Origin: a virus
DNA: 64,000 nt
Direction: 5' to 3' (one strand)
Virus record (IMG/VR): IMGVR_UViG_3300021373_002523
Coordinates: 1-64,000 of that record
Both the position numbers and the translations under genes were made by a program. The notes under the pieces are model-generated. The model worked only from the letters and a program-made list of their open reading frames with translations. It was not told the origin of the DNA and did no database searches. This document shows positions 1 through 8,866 of the stretch, in pieces. Each line of letters opens with the position of its first letter. Positions within the stretch are counted from its first letter, which is position 1.

Positions 1-757
1 AGTTTGTGCTTGGCCTTACAGAATTAGAATTAGGGCGAGAGCTGGAATTGATCCTGATAGTATTGTTGCTATTACTGTTGTTGCTATTACTGTTGATCCT
101 GATAGTTCTCGTTGGTCTTACACGGATTGTTGGTTTTGTGGACCTAGTTGGCTTTGTGCGGACAGTACGGTTATTTTGAAAATATGTGCGACTATCAGAT
201 GTGCTGCCATCTGAGACTGAGATGGATCTAGATCTATTAGAATTAGAATAACCAAAGCGGTTTCTATTTGAGTACCTCCAACCATATACATTTCCTAAAT
301 TGCCAGTTCTCGGTCCATATACATAGGAGTATTGCCACGGATTGTTCCACCTATTCCAATACCAATAATTTGAGCTCCAATTACCATACCAAGGATATTG
401 GTTCCAGCCATTCCAATAAGTATAGCCAGTGTTAAATCCCCATTGCCAGTTTAACCAATAATCATGAGGACTTTGCCACCCAAATCTGTATAGCCTGTTA
501 TAGAAATAGTTTTGATGAAAGAAGCTATAGTTTTGAGTGCTTAGCCAATAGTAATAATCATTAGCAAAACCAAAGTCTGTTTGCAGCTTCCATCTTAGTT
601 GACTTACTGTGTTTATCTCATCTATCGTGACTCTTTCAGATCTTAAAGTATCTACATAGCCAGCTGTATTGAGTGTTTGGTATTGCCATTGAACTCCACA
701 GCTATTAACTGAGAAAAATAAGACTATTATGCAGATGAGTTTAAGTAAGTTTTTCAT
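1..757 (-). CDS. Putative lipoprotein with W/Y/N/G-rich then R/S/N/T-rich low-complexity regions (3' end outside window)
   Basis: Own translation from ATG at 757 is open to base 1: MKNLLKLICIIVLFFSVNSC (lipobox-like)...YWLNWQWGFNTGYTYWNGWNQYPWYGNW...RINSNSNNSNSNN. Absent from the ORF track because there is no stop in the window. Confidence 0.8.
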   Translation of the reverse strand, partial: MKNLLKLICIIVLFFSVNSCGVQWQYQTLNTAGYVDTLRSERVTIDEINTVSQLRWKLQTDFGFANDYYYWLSTQNYSFFHQNYFYNRLYRFGWQSPHDYWLNWQWGFNTGYTYWNGWNQYPWYGNWSSNYWYWNRWNNPWQYSYVYGPRTGNLGNVYGWRYSNRNRFGYSNSNRSRSISVSDGSTSDSRTYFQNNRTVRTKPTRSTKPTIRVRPTRTIRINSNSNNSNSNNTIRINSSSRPNSNSVRPSTN

Positions 758-793
758 AAGAAAGTTTTAGTTGATTTAGTTATATATTGTGAC

Positions 794-822
794 AAAAAAG
801 GGACCACCGCTATGATGGTCCC
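794..822 (-). terminator. Rho-independent terminator
   Basis: GGGACCATC-ATAGC-GGTGGTCCC-TTTTTT on the minus strand, downstream of 882..2039. Confidence 0.85.
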
Positions 823-881
823 GTGGGGGCGTGGTTTAATCAAGGTAAACGGAAATAAACCTTGATACCGTTACCCGGATA
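794..881 (-). ncRNA. Candidate 3'-UTR-derived small RNA (hairpin, C-rich linker, terminator)
   Basis: 8-bp stem AUCAAGGU/ACCUUGAU (839-866) with loop UUAUUUCCGUUU, then CCACGCCCCCAC and the terminator. Confidence 0.35.
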
Positions 882-2039
882 TTATGCCTGTCCCATCATC
901 CTTGCAGATTCTGATGCAGTTAGCAATTGGCTATTTGCAAAAGGATCAAATTGGAGTAATGCTTCAGTGTCGTAATTCTTTTTCATTAAAAGGTTACCTG
1001 CTGTTACCATTAGATTACCAGTTTTATGATCGTCGATATTGTATTTGTTATCGTTAGATGCAAAGTTTGTCATACCATTTACAACTTCCCATACTGACAT
1101 TCCTGATTTAGCATTTTGCAATTGTTTTGTAGTAAAGGTAGATGGCTCAGCTCCAATATCAGAATAAGCTTTCATTGCTCGGTCAATTGGAATAAACCTT
1201 TGAGCATATTCGTAATCAACTTTCTTATCTGTTGAAAGAATAGCCGACATTGCTTTTTGAACCTCAGCAAGACTTGCATCAGTGTGATTAGCAGTTTTAA
1301 TCTTATCAGCCAATCCAATAGGTTGGAAACCTGTAGATGCCATTGAGATCATATGCTCGTTAAACTCATTGATAGATTTATCAGTCAGTTCATGCAAACC
1401 GTAGTTTTCAGAGAATGCAGTTGAAGTCATACCATTTGAACAAACCAATCGGTTCAAATAAGGTGATACTTCCAATCCTCGGATAGGAGTGTTTCTAAAT
1501 GTTACACCAGTATTAAAGATTTCATCTGACATTCCAGGTACAGTAAATACACCGTTCTTAGATACACAGTTGATTGTAGCTCCACCTGAAGGATCTGAAC
1601 CAAAGTCAGTTACATCTAAATCATATTGGTCAATATAACGCTCAGCAAAATTGATGAAGTTTTCATTTGAAATACTTGCATAACCTGCAGGTAGAATGTT
1701 TGTTACTTTCTTTGCTCTTGGATCAACCAATAGTGTAACCGTTTGGTCGTTCTTAGATGATTTCATAGATTTCATCATGTTAACCAATTCTTTTAGTCCG
1801 TCATTACCGAACCCGGCTGTAAACCTTTTAGCAAAAGCTTTAGGAATTCGTAGCCTTCCGAGTAGTTTACCAAATGCATAGGGAGTTAGTTCAATTTTAA
1901 CTCCGTCAATCTCAATATGAGTATTGTCAATTACATTGAATTCTGAAAGGTTAAGTTCCTTTCTCATTACTTCATTTCTAATCGCTTCTTCCTTTTTTTG
2001 GTTGAATGCGGTAGTTCCTAGTGTTGTTAAATTTGTCAT
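882..2039 (-). CDS. DUF932-like phage protein
   Basis: 385 aa; RLVCSNGM motif recalls DUF932; has an early-type promoter. Confidence 0.55.
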   Translation of the reverse strand: MTNLTTLGTTAFNQKKEEAIRNEVMRKELNLSEFNVIDNTHIEIDGVKIELTPYAFGKLLGRLRIPKAFAKRFTAGFGNDGLKELVNMMKSMKSSKNDQTVTLLVDPRAKKVTNILPAGYASISNENFINFAERYIDQYDLDVTDFGSDPSGGATINCVSKNGVFTVPGMSDEIFNTGVTFRNTPIRGLEVSPYLNRLVCSNGMTSTAFSENYGLHELTDKSINEFNEHMISMASTGFQPIGLADKIKTANHTDASLAEVQKAMSAILSTDKKVDYEYAQRFIPIDRAMKAYSDIGAEPSTFTTKQLQNAKSGMSVWEVVNGMTNFASNDNKYNIDDHKTGNLMVTAGNLLMKKNYDTEALLQFDPFANSQLLTASESARMMGQA

Positions 2040-2085
2040 ACTTTTTCTTTTTTTCCGTTTAGTTAATTATTTAATTATTATAGTA

Positions 2086-2115
2086 TAAATATAATCAATT
2101 GTTTTGGGAATTGAA
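2086..2115 (-). promoter_or_regulatory. Early-type promoter TTCA-N18-TATATTTA
   Basis: Same spacing in 9 intergenic regions; resembles the Bacteroidota -33/-7 promoter. Confidence 0.7.
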
Positions 2116-2175
2116 AATATTTTTGTGTCTTTTTTTCACTCTACCCTCATTTTTTAGATGATTGTTAATAACTTT

Positions 2176-3042
2176 TTATTTATCCGATTCTTCTTTACCA
2201 TCCAATCCGAATAATGCATCGAATTGCAAACCTGATTTCTTAATCTTTTCTTTTTCAGCTTTCTTTAATTGCTTAAGGCTTTCAGATTTTTTGAACCTTT
2301 CAGTATCATATGTTACATCACCACTAGCAGAAAGATCAAAATACATTTGCTTACCTACATGACCACGTCGGTTTTTACTAAAGGTAACATACCTTTCTTC
2401 CTGATCCCTTTCATCTACGAACCTAATCTCCATCATACCAGTTGTCATATGCTTCAGTTTATTAGAACCGACGAATGTACCACCTTTGTTAACTTGTTGG
2501 ATATTAAGGAATGCAGTAAAGTGTTTTCCTTTGTTATCTCCGAGGTTATGTTTGTACATCAAATCTAGGAGGTACTTTTCAGAACTGTTTCTGGTCATTC
2601 TCCCAGCTTCTCGGATAGTTTCTTGCAATTCAATAAATGAGTCGGTTAATACAATATCATAACCTTCTGCAAGGATTTCTTCTAAGACTGCTTTTGGATC
2701 TTCATCATCGGCAATTTCTTGTGGAAAGAAAATATCCAATTCTCCGAACTTAGGATACCTTTTAACATAAAGGTAAAGATCCACCTGGTTCATCTCAGCT
2801 GAAATGAACAATACTTTTGAACCGCTTGCTTTTGCATTTGCAATGATATCCAGTGTTACAGTAGATTTACCTACACCAGGATCTCCAACTACCATCCAGT
2901 TAGTTGCTTTTGGAATACCTCCATCAATACTGAACAATCCGTCCAGTGGAGTATTTGTCTTGTGAGCCTCGAATAAACCCTTCTCATATTTTACATTTGA
3001 GATTTGAGTCAGCCTTGAATTGATTTTTTGTACTTTTGCCAT
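2176..3042 (-). CDS. RadA/Sms-like RecA-superfamily ATPase
   Basis: Walker A GDPGVGKST, Walker B VLTDS, KNRRG resembling RadA KNRFG; no Zn finger or Lon domain. Confidence 0.75.
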   Translation of the reverse strand: MAKVQKINSRLTQISNVKYEKGLFEAHKTNTPLDGLFSIDGGIPKATNWMVVGDPGVGKSTVTLDIIANAKASGSKVLFISAEMNQVDLYLYVKRYPKFGELDIFFPQEIADDEDPKAVLEEILAEGYDIVLTDSFIELQETIREAGRMTRNSSEKYLLDLMYKHNLGDNKGKHFTAFLNIQQVNKGGTFVGSNKLKHMTTGMMEIRFVDERDQEERYVTFSKNRRGHVGKQMYFDLSASGDVTYDTERFKKSESLKQLKKAEKEKIKKSGLQFDALFGLDGKEESDK

Positions 3043-3081
3043 GTTTTCCGTTTTTAGGTTTAGTATTAATTAATTATAGTA

Positions 3082-3151
3082 TAAATATAACACAATTTGT
3101 TGGGAATTGAACTATAAATTCTTGTTTTTTTCAAAAAAGTTATTAACAATT
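3082..3151 (-). promoter_or_regulatory. Early-type promoter with upstream AATTGTTAATAACTT box
   Basis: TTCAATTCCC-N12-TATATTTA (3082-3111), box at 3137-3151. Confidence 0.7.
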
Positions 3152-3622
3152 GTGGAATTCATAATGTGGATTCTCAACTGTGTCCGTTGATTTATTTAAC
3201 GGACCGTATGCAAGATCCGCCCAGGTTTTTGAACCGATGTTTTTCCAATGGTTATAGTCAGCCATTGATGAGAAGGAACTGTGAATGTCTCCAACTGTAA
3301 TGTTTTCCAAGATTTCTTTATCTATGATGTAGAACTTACCACCTTTCATTGCAAGAGCAGTTAGATAAACACCGCCTTCAGTTTTAATTTCAACTGTATG
3401 AAGTGCAGATTTCTTCCAACCTGTAACAATGTTACAAAGATAGTCTTTTCCGTCAGAAATGGTTAGGAACCCAGCTCTACATTTGGTAACTGCTCTATAC
3501 TCATATTGCTTATTCCAATCAAGGTTATGGTCATGAGCAGTAAATTTGTAAAACTTACCTTTTACCATTTGAGTGATTGAGTAACTGCCTCCGAAAGGTG
3601 TATTGTGTTTTGTAATTTGCAT
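3143..3622 (-). CDS. Hypothetical early protein
   Basis: 159-aa ORF with its own early promoter and AACGGAAAAC leader. Confidence 0.7.
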   Translation of the reverse strand: MQITKHNTPFGGSYSITQMVKGKFYKFTAHDHNLDWNKQYEYRAVTKCRAGFLTISDGKDYLCNIVTGWKKSALHTVEIKTEGGVYLTALAMKGGKFYIIDKEILENITVGDIHSSFSSMADYNHWKNIGSKTWADLAYGPLNKSTDTVENPHYEFHNC

Positions 3623-3646
3623 GTTTTCCGTTTTTTAAATTATATT

Positions 3647-3715
3647 TAAATATAATACTATTTGTTGGGTTTTGTACTATACTTTGGCAGTTTTTTTAGA
3701 AAGTTATTAACAATT
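3647..3715 (-). promoter_or_regulatory. Early-type promoter with upstream AATTGTTAATAACTT box
   Basis: TATATTTA at 3647-3654, CCC at conserved spacing, box at 3701-3715. Confidence 0.65.
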
Positions 3716-3906
3716 TATTGTTTATTGTCAATTAACTGTGCTGCTTTATATAATTCATCAACGGCTGTTGATATATGATCTTTAATTTGTGGTTCTATTT
3801 TAGCAACTGGGTGTTGTTGTAAGATTCCTTCCATGATAAGAGATACTGTAGCTAACCTATCTCTAAAGAATTCATATTGCTCGGAGGGTAACTTTGGTTT
3901 ACTCAT
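3715..3906 (-). CDS. Hypothetical protein
   Basis: 63-aa ORF in the co-oriented gene run. Confidence 0.6.
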   Translation of the reverse strand: MSKPKLPSEQYEFFRDRLATVSLIMEGILQQHPVAKIEPQIKDHISTAVDELYKAAQLIDNKQ

Positions 3907-4014
3907 TTAAAATAGAAGTTTAAAAATACAATTCCAAATTACATAAGTAAATAAAAATATAAAAATCCAAGTAAAAATAAAACCCCATCTATATTTCTTA
4001 TACCACTTCATATA

Positions 4015-5016
4015 TTAATTGCTTAAAGGTGCTTTAATTGCTGGGTGAGATTCATATCCTAAGATAGCATAACCAAACTCGCCATTTAAAATATCAACAT
4101 TAATTACATCAATCTCAGGTAAACAGTAAGGTTCTCTTGTTACTTGTTCTTTTGCCTGATCTAAATGATTAAGGTATAAATGAGTATCACCTAAGTTGCC
4201 TACTAATTGATCAGGTACCATGTTTACCTCATCTGCAATCAATTTAAGTAAAAGAGCATAACTTGCAATATTGAATGGTAATCCTAAAAATACATCAACA
4301 GATCTTTGATTCCACATTAAACTAATTTTTCTTCTTGGAACTTTTCTTTCATCTAAATCTTCATGTTCAAGTCTTTTAGCATATGATATATCTTTTCCTA
4401 TAGAAAGAGTCCATTCTTCTGCTCTTTCTTTTAAAGTCATTTCTGTAGTATAAACTTGGAACCCATAATGGCAAGGCGGAAGTGTCATATCTGATAACTT
4501 ATCTACATTCCAGGCATTAACCATTAATCTTCTTGAATCTGGATTAACTTTAAGATCATGGATTAAATCTGCAATTTGATCCCTCCCATTCCAATTTCTC
4601 CATTGCTTTCCATAAATAGGTCCTAAGTCACCCCATGATTTTGCAAACTCATCATCGGTTTTAATTTTTTCAATAAATTCTTTCTTAGTTAAATCATCCA
4701 ATTCTAAAAGATACATACATGCTCTTTGGTATGCTTTATATGCATCACCATTCCAAATGTTACAATTATTCTTTATTAAGGTTTGGATGTTAGTATCACC
4801 TTTAAGAAACCACCTCAATTCTGTTACCATAGTTTTAACAGCCATCTTCTTTGTGGTTAATAGAGGGTAGCCTTGTGTCATATCATGCCTTATGGTATAT
4901 CCAAAAATAGATTTTGTACCAGTACCAGTTCTATCTTTCTTTTCTCTACCATATTGTAAAATAGTTCTAAGAAGATCTTTATACTGTTCATCTATTGTGT
5001 AGTCTTTATCAATCAT
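4015..5016 (-). CDS. thyA: Thymidylate synthase
   Basis: DRTGTGT, ELRWFL, GPIYG.QWR, PPCH catalytic Cys, QRSVDVFLGLPFN (Asn, dUMP-specific), HLYLNH. Confidence 0.97.
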   Translation of the reverse strand: MIDKDYTIDEQYKDLLRTILQYGREKKDRTGTGTKSIFGYTIRHDMTQGYPLLTTKKMAVKTMVTELRWFLKGDTNIQTLIKNNCNIWNGDAYKAYQRACMYLLELDDLTKKEFIEKIKTDDEFAKSWGDLGPIYGKQWRNWNGRDQIADLIHDLKVNPDSRRLMVNAWNVDKLSDMTLPPCHYGFQVYTTEMTLKERAEEWTLSIGKDISYAKRLEHEDLDERKVPRRKISLMWNQRSVDVFLGLPFNIASYALLLKLIADEVNMVPDQLVGNLGDTHLYLNHLDQAKEQVTREPYCLPEIDVINVDILNGEFGYAILGYESHPAIKAPLSN

Positions 5017-5354
5017 ATGTATGCAGTTAAGTATTGTGAAATGAAATATGCTAACTTATAACCTGCAAAACCACCAAAGGCAGTAGGAATAGGAAAAAGA
5101 ATAAACTTTGCTAATGAAGTGACATATTTCGGTCGGTTAATTACTCGGCTAATATAAAAGTAATGAAACATATATGCCATAAGAACTGCAATATCAATTC
5201 TTAGTGCAATAAAAGGTACAATAATAGCTCCGCTGAAACCAAAGATGAAATTTTCAAAGATTGCTCCACGAACTTCTTTTTTGTCAGCTTCTCTGTATTC
5301 TTGTGAGATTTTCTTAATTCCCATTTTTTTCTCTGTCTTTAGCGTATTGTTCAT
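5013..5354 (-). CDS. Hypothetical membrane protein
   Basis: About 3 hydrophobic segments; overlaps the thyA start. Confidence 0.6.
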   Translation of the reverse strand: MNNTLKTEKKMGIKKISQEYREADKKEVRGAIFENFIFGFSGAIIVPFIALRIDIAVLMAYMFHYFYISRVINRPKYVTSLAKFILFPIPTAFGGFAGYKLAYFISQYLTAYI

Positions 5355-5520
5355 CTAGAGCATCATTTAAAGATCCAGTAGGTCTTTCATCATATAGCCA
5401 CATATCTTCTTCTGTTAAATCAAAATCATCAGGCATTAGTGGTGACCGATAAATTTCAAATCCTACCCAAACCCATAGTAATGCAAAAAAGCCAATTGCT
5501 AACCATATTGCTAATTTCAT
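5314..5520 (-). CDS. Small membrane protein
   Basis: N-terminal TM helix, acidic tail. Confidence 0.55.
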   Translation of the reverse strand: MKLAIWLAIGFFALLWVWVGFEIYRSPLMPDDFDLTEEDMWLYDERPTGSLNDALDEQYAKDREKNGN

Positions 5521-5633
5521 TTACTTACTTGTTTTTCCTGCAAAATAGTCCCACAATAAACCTAGTAGTGTATTTGCTTTATATTTATTTCCTTTATGAT
5601 TTAACAGGAAATTTTTCATTTTTACTTTTCTTT

Positions 5634-5897
5634 TCATTTTTTCAATTTTAATAATTTTGCACATTCTTCATAAGCTTCCATTTCTTCAAAGTGTGCAATC
5701 ATTGAATCTATTTGTTCATTATCTGGTTCTTCGTCAGGTGGTATGAAAAATACCGGCATAGTTGATAAATCATCAGAAGGTAAATCTGCTTCTTCTCTTC
5801 TCACCTCTAAATAATCAACTAATTCTTCCATTGAGTACCACCCAGCCAAAACCTGATAAGAATTCCAAATTGCTTGGTCCATCCAATCGTCTTTCAT
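5634..5897 (-). CDS. Hypothetical protein
   Basis: 87 aa, acidic, C-terminal EAYEECAKL (UVR-like). Confidence 0.6.
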   Translation of the reverse strand: MKDDWMDQAIWNSYQVLAGWYSMEELVDYLEVRREEADLPSDDLSTMPVFFIPPDEEPDNEQIDSMIAHFEEMEAYEECAKLLKLKK

Positions 5898-5898
5898 A

Positions 5899-6270
5899 TT
5901 ATTTTGTTTTAAAGTATTTAATAATTATATGAGCTGCTTTATAATTTGTTGCTAATGGTATACCATGTACATCGCATAACCTCATTAACATAGCAATGTC
6001 AACATCATGAGGATGTTTATCTAAAGGATCCCTAAAAAATATAACAGCATCCATTTCACCACGAGTAACCATTGCTCCTATTTCTGCATCTCCTCCTAAA
6101 GGTCCGCTGTTTAAACATTCAACCTTTAATCCTGCATTTTCAATCATACCACCAGTTGTACCAGTAGCAACCAATTCTACATCTTTTCTTTTAAAGAAGT
6201 CTAATCTTTTCATAACAAAGGCAACCATATCTGCCTTCTTTCCATCATGTGCTACTAAAGCTATTTTCAT
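5899..6270 (-). CDS. mgsA: Methylglyoxal synthase
   Basis: IALVAHDGKK, ATGTTG, SGPLGGDAEIG, FFRDPL, HDVDI, PLATN; start moved to 6270 (track gives 6321). Confidence 0.95.
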   Translation of the reverse strand: MKIALVAHDGKKADMVAFVMKRLDFFKRKDVELVATGTTGGMIENAGLKVECLNSGPLGGDAEIGAMVTRGEMDAVIFFRDPLDKHPHDVDIAMLMRLCDVHGIPLATNYKAAHIIIKYFKTK

Positions 6271-6271
6271 T

Positions 6272-6547
6272 TTATTCATTTTTATATAAGGAGTCAATAT
6301 ATCTCCATCTTTCTCTATCATCTCTGATTTGATCTTTTATAGTATAGATGTGTAAAGTGTCATTAATTATTTCCCAATGTAAAATTTCTTCAACCGAATC
6401 TAATACATCTAAATTTTGGCAAGGTATATCCGAATCCATTTTTTCTTCTGTTGGTATTGGGCTCCCACTAGCCATAAACATTAGGAATAGGAAAAGTCCT
6501 ACAACAGCTATGTTAAAAATCGTATATGCTTTATTCATCTTCTTCAT
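6272..6547 (-). CDS. Hypothetical membrane-anchored protein
   Basis: N-terminal hydrophobic helix. Confidence 0.6.
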   Translation of the reverse strand: MKKMNKAYTIFNIAVVGLFLFLMFMASGSPIPTEEKMDSDIPCQNLDVLDSVEEILHWEIINDTLHIYTIKDQIRDDRERWRYIDSLYKNE

Positions 6548-6983
6548 TCAATACATTAGGATTCTGCTTCATAGTCATTCGAGTTATCAAATCTTTTAAT
6601 TTAGTAGTTGACCAACCATGACTTCGTGTAGTATAGACAACCTCCATTGGAATATGATCACCTGTGAATCTTTTTCCAATATAGTCGTCGCCTAAAATCC
6701 TAACATCTGGTTTAAAAAATTCTATAAGCTGCAAAAGATCATCTTCGGTTTGGTATGTAACTACTTCATCAACAGCCTCTAATGCCATTAAAGTTTTATA
6801 TCTTTCGTGCAATGGTATTACAGGCTTATACTTGTTATTCTTAAAAGCTGATGGATCTGAATGCAAAAATACCATGAAGTGATCACAGTGATTCTTTGCC
6901 GTTTCAAAAGTATAAATATACCCAGGATGAATTAAATCAAAGTTACCTGCAGTAAATCCTATCTTTCCTTTATGTTGGTCCAT
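6531..6983 (-). CDS. Cytidylyltransferase (TagD/RfaE-like)
   Basis: GNFDLIHPGY (HIGH-like), VDEV, GDDY, RSHGWSTT. Confidence 0.85.
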   Translation of the reverse strand: MDQHKGKIGFTAGNFDLIHPGYIYTFETAKNHCDHFMVFLHSDPSAFKNNKYKPVIPLHERYKTLMALEAVDEVVTYQTEDDLLQLIEFFKPDVRILGDDYIGKRFTGDHIPMEVVYTTRSHGWSTTKLKDLITRMTMKQNPNVLNEEDE

Positions 6984-7001
6984 TATCCTACTAATTTATT
7001 A

Positions 7002-7028
7002 TTATATGCAAAAAATGTATTTTGTTTA
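7002..7028 (-). promoter_or_regulatory. Middle-type promoter AAAC-N16/17-RTATAA (representative copy)
   Basis: Also at 26588, 33319, 33563, 44715, 51139, 57959, 61210 and 63754. Confidence 0.6.
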
Positions 7029-7149
7029 ATAGTCAATAAAGGTATTTGTACAAACTATAAAGATGCTAGAGAGGGGCTAGCATCATTGGTTATATAGTAT
7101 GTATGTATATATGTAATTAGATTATCTCCTACTAGAAGTGAGATATCTC

Positions 7150-7587
7150 TTAAAGAGCCTTTTCAATTGCCTTTTTAATTGCTGATGAAAATGCAGTTTT
7201 ACTGAAAGCTAATTTATCATTATTAAGATCTATGAAAGTTGCCTCAACTGTTGATTTTGCTTTACCTTCTACTTCAATTTCTTTACCATCCATATAGATT
7301 AGCAACTTTACAATAGTTCTTTTACTAACTTTAGTCCATGGTCCTAATTCAATCCCAGTTGTTGGGGCCTCAATAGATTTCACAACTATTATTACAGGTT
7401 TACCATCCATACATAATTCATATTTGTCTGAAATAATATCTTCCACCATTTGCTTAATTCCAAATACGATACGGTTCTTTCCGATTTCTTCCATTTCTAT
7501 TTGTGTTCCTACTCTGGCCACAGTATAGCATTCCTGTGAAAATGAAAGTATAGGTAGAAGCATTAATGCTATAATTAAATTTTTCAT
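7150..7587 (-). CDS. Secreted protein, small CsgG-like paralog
   Basis: Signal peptide; NRIVFGIKQMV...SAIKKAIEKAL parallels NRVGLGVSNI...IATKKALETA of 8847..9551. Confidence 0.5.
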   Translation of the reverse strand: MKNLIIALMLLPILSFSQECYTVARVGTQIEMEEIGKNRIVFGIKQMVEDIISDKYELCMDGKPVIIVVKSIEAPTTGIELGPWTKVSKRTIVKLLIYMDGKEIEVEGKAKSTVEATFIDLNNDKLAFSKTAFSSAIKKAIEKAL

Positions 7588-7588
7588 A

Positions 7589-8866
7589 TTAAAATCTTAT
7601 TTTACCACCAGTTAAAACTTGATAATTTAAAGCATTACCATTAGAATGCCAAACGCCTGTAAAACTGATATTATATTTAAATGTTTTTGTTATTTTAATA
7701 TCCCAAGAACTAAACGGAACTATTAAAATTCCAGGATCCCACCACTTACCTTCATAAAATTGAGTGAATGGTGAATAAACTCCTAGAAGTAAAGTTGAGG
7801 TTGTAATTCTTGGACTAACTCTAAAATTTCTATGTGCACCTACAACAGCTGAAAGATTTAATAATTCCCTTTCTCCTAATTTGCCTAAAGTAAAATTAGC
7901 ACCAGCCATACCTGTAGTTTTTCCCATCTTCCATGATTCAAGAGCAGTGGTAGTATTAAAATGATTTTTATCAAAATCTGTCATAGTGGTATTAGCTCCC
8001 ACTAAATTAAAAGTTCTTTTAGGATTAATCCAAGATTTATAAAATGTTAAACTAAAATCATTTGTAACAGATGTATATGTAAAGAGAGCACCTTTAATTC
8101 TATTTTGTTTTGTATTGGCATGTGTAATAGAACCAACCACCTTTAACTGCCTACCGTTTGAATTATCTTGATTGTCAATAACAATGATATCACCTGATGC
8201 AATTAGTGATCCTCTATTTTTATTATCAGCATCTCCACCATCTACTGCATTGGAAATAGAATTAGCTAATGATAATGTTGCTGTGCCTTCTGTTTCTTCT
8301 TCCTCAGTTCCATCTAAACTTCCACTATTAGATCCAGTTCCTTCTTCACTATTATTTCCTCCGCTACCTTGATTTATATTTGATGAATTTTCAGAATTAG
8401 AATTACTTTGATTATTAGATGATTTTTTCTTTTCTTCTTCCTCATCTTCACCTGCCGAATTATCTATGGCTTCTGCAACCGGAACAGCAGATGCAGATAC
8501 TGTTTGAGGTAACATATCCCCTCCTAAGATTGACATAACATTTGTAACAACGGTGATAGTATTTTGAATAACAACAGCATTTGTAGTATTCATAATTACT
8601 TGTGTTATACTTTCACAAGGCGATGAACTATTAGCTTGAGTAACTAAATCCATCCATGAATCAAATGTACCATCTGTAAAATCAGTCTGTGTAAATGTTT
8701 GAACATTACCAAAATAGTTTAAAGCAATTGAACCACTAGAGCCCATTTGAATTGTTTGCTGATTTAAAGTACAAGGATCAGTAAATGTATAAGACCATTG
8801 GCCATAACTAACTAATGGTGCTAAGAATAGTAGAAATGTAATTATTTTATTCTTCAAATATTCCAC
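7589..8866 (-). CDS. Outer-membrane beta-barrel protein with N-terminal domain and S/N/E/G-rich linker
   Basis: Signal peptide, two-Cys N-domain, low-complexity linker, amphipathic beta strands, terminal Phe (GGKIRF). Confidence 0.6.
   Translation of the reverse strand: MEYLKNKIITFLLFLAPLVSYGQWSYTFTDPCTLNQQTIQMGSSGSIALNYFGNVQTFTQTDFTDGTFDSWMDLVTQANSSSPCESITQVIMNTTNAVVIQNTITVVTNVMSILGGDMLPQTVSASAVPVAEAIDNSAGEDEEEEKKKSSNNQSNSNSENSSNINQGSGGNNSEEGTGSNSGSLDGTEEEETEGTATLSLANSISNAVDGGDADNKNRGSLIASGDIIVIDNQDNSNGRQLKVVGSITHANTKQNRIKGALFTYTSVTNDFSLTFYKSWINPKRTFNLVGANTTMTDFDKNHFNTTTALESWKMGKTTGMAGANFTLGKLGERELLNLSAVVGAHRNFRVSPRITTSTLLLGVYSPFTQFYEGKWWDPGILIVPFSSWDIKITKTFKYNISFTGVWHSNGNALNYQVLTGGKIRF

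Noticed and set aside
48-105. Short tandem repeats (gttgctattact; gatcctgatagt)
   Set aside because: They encode the N/S-rich tail of ORF 1..757; not an array
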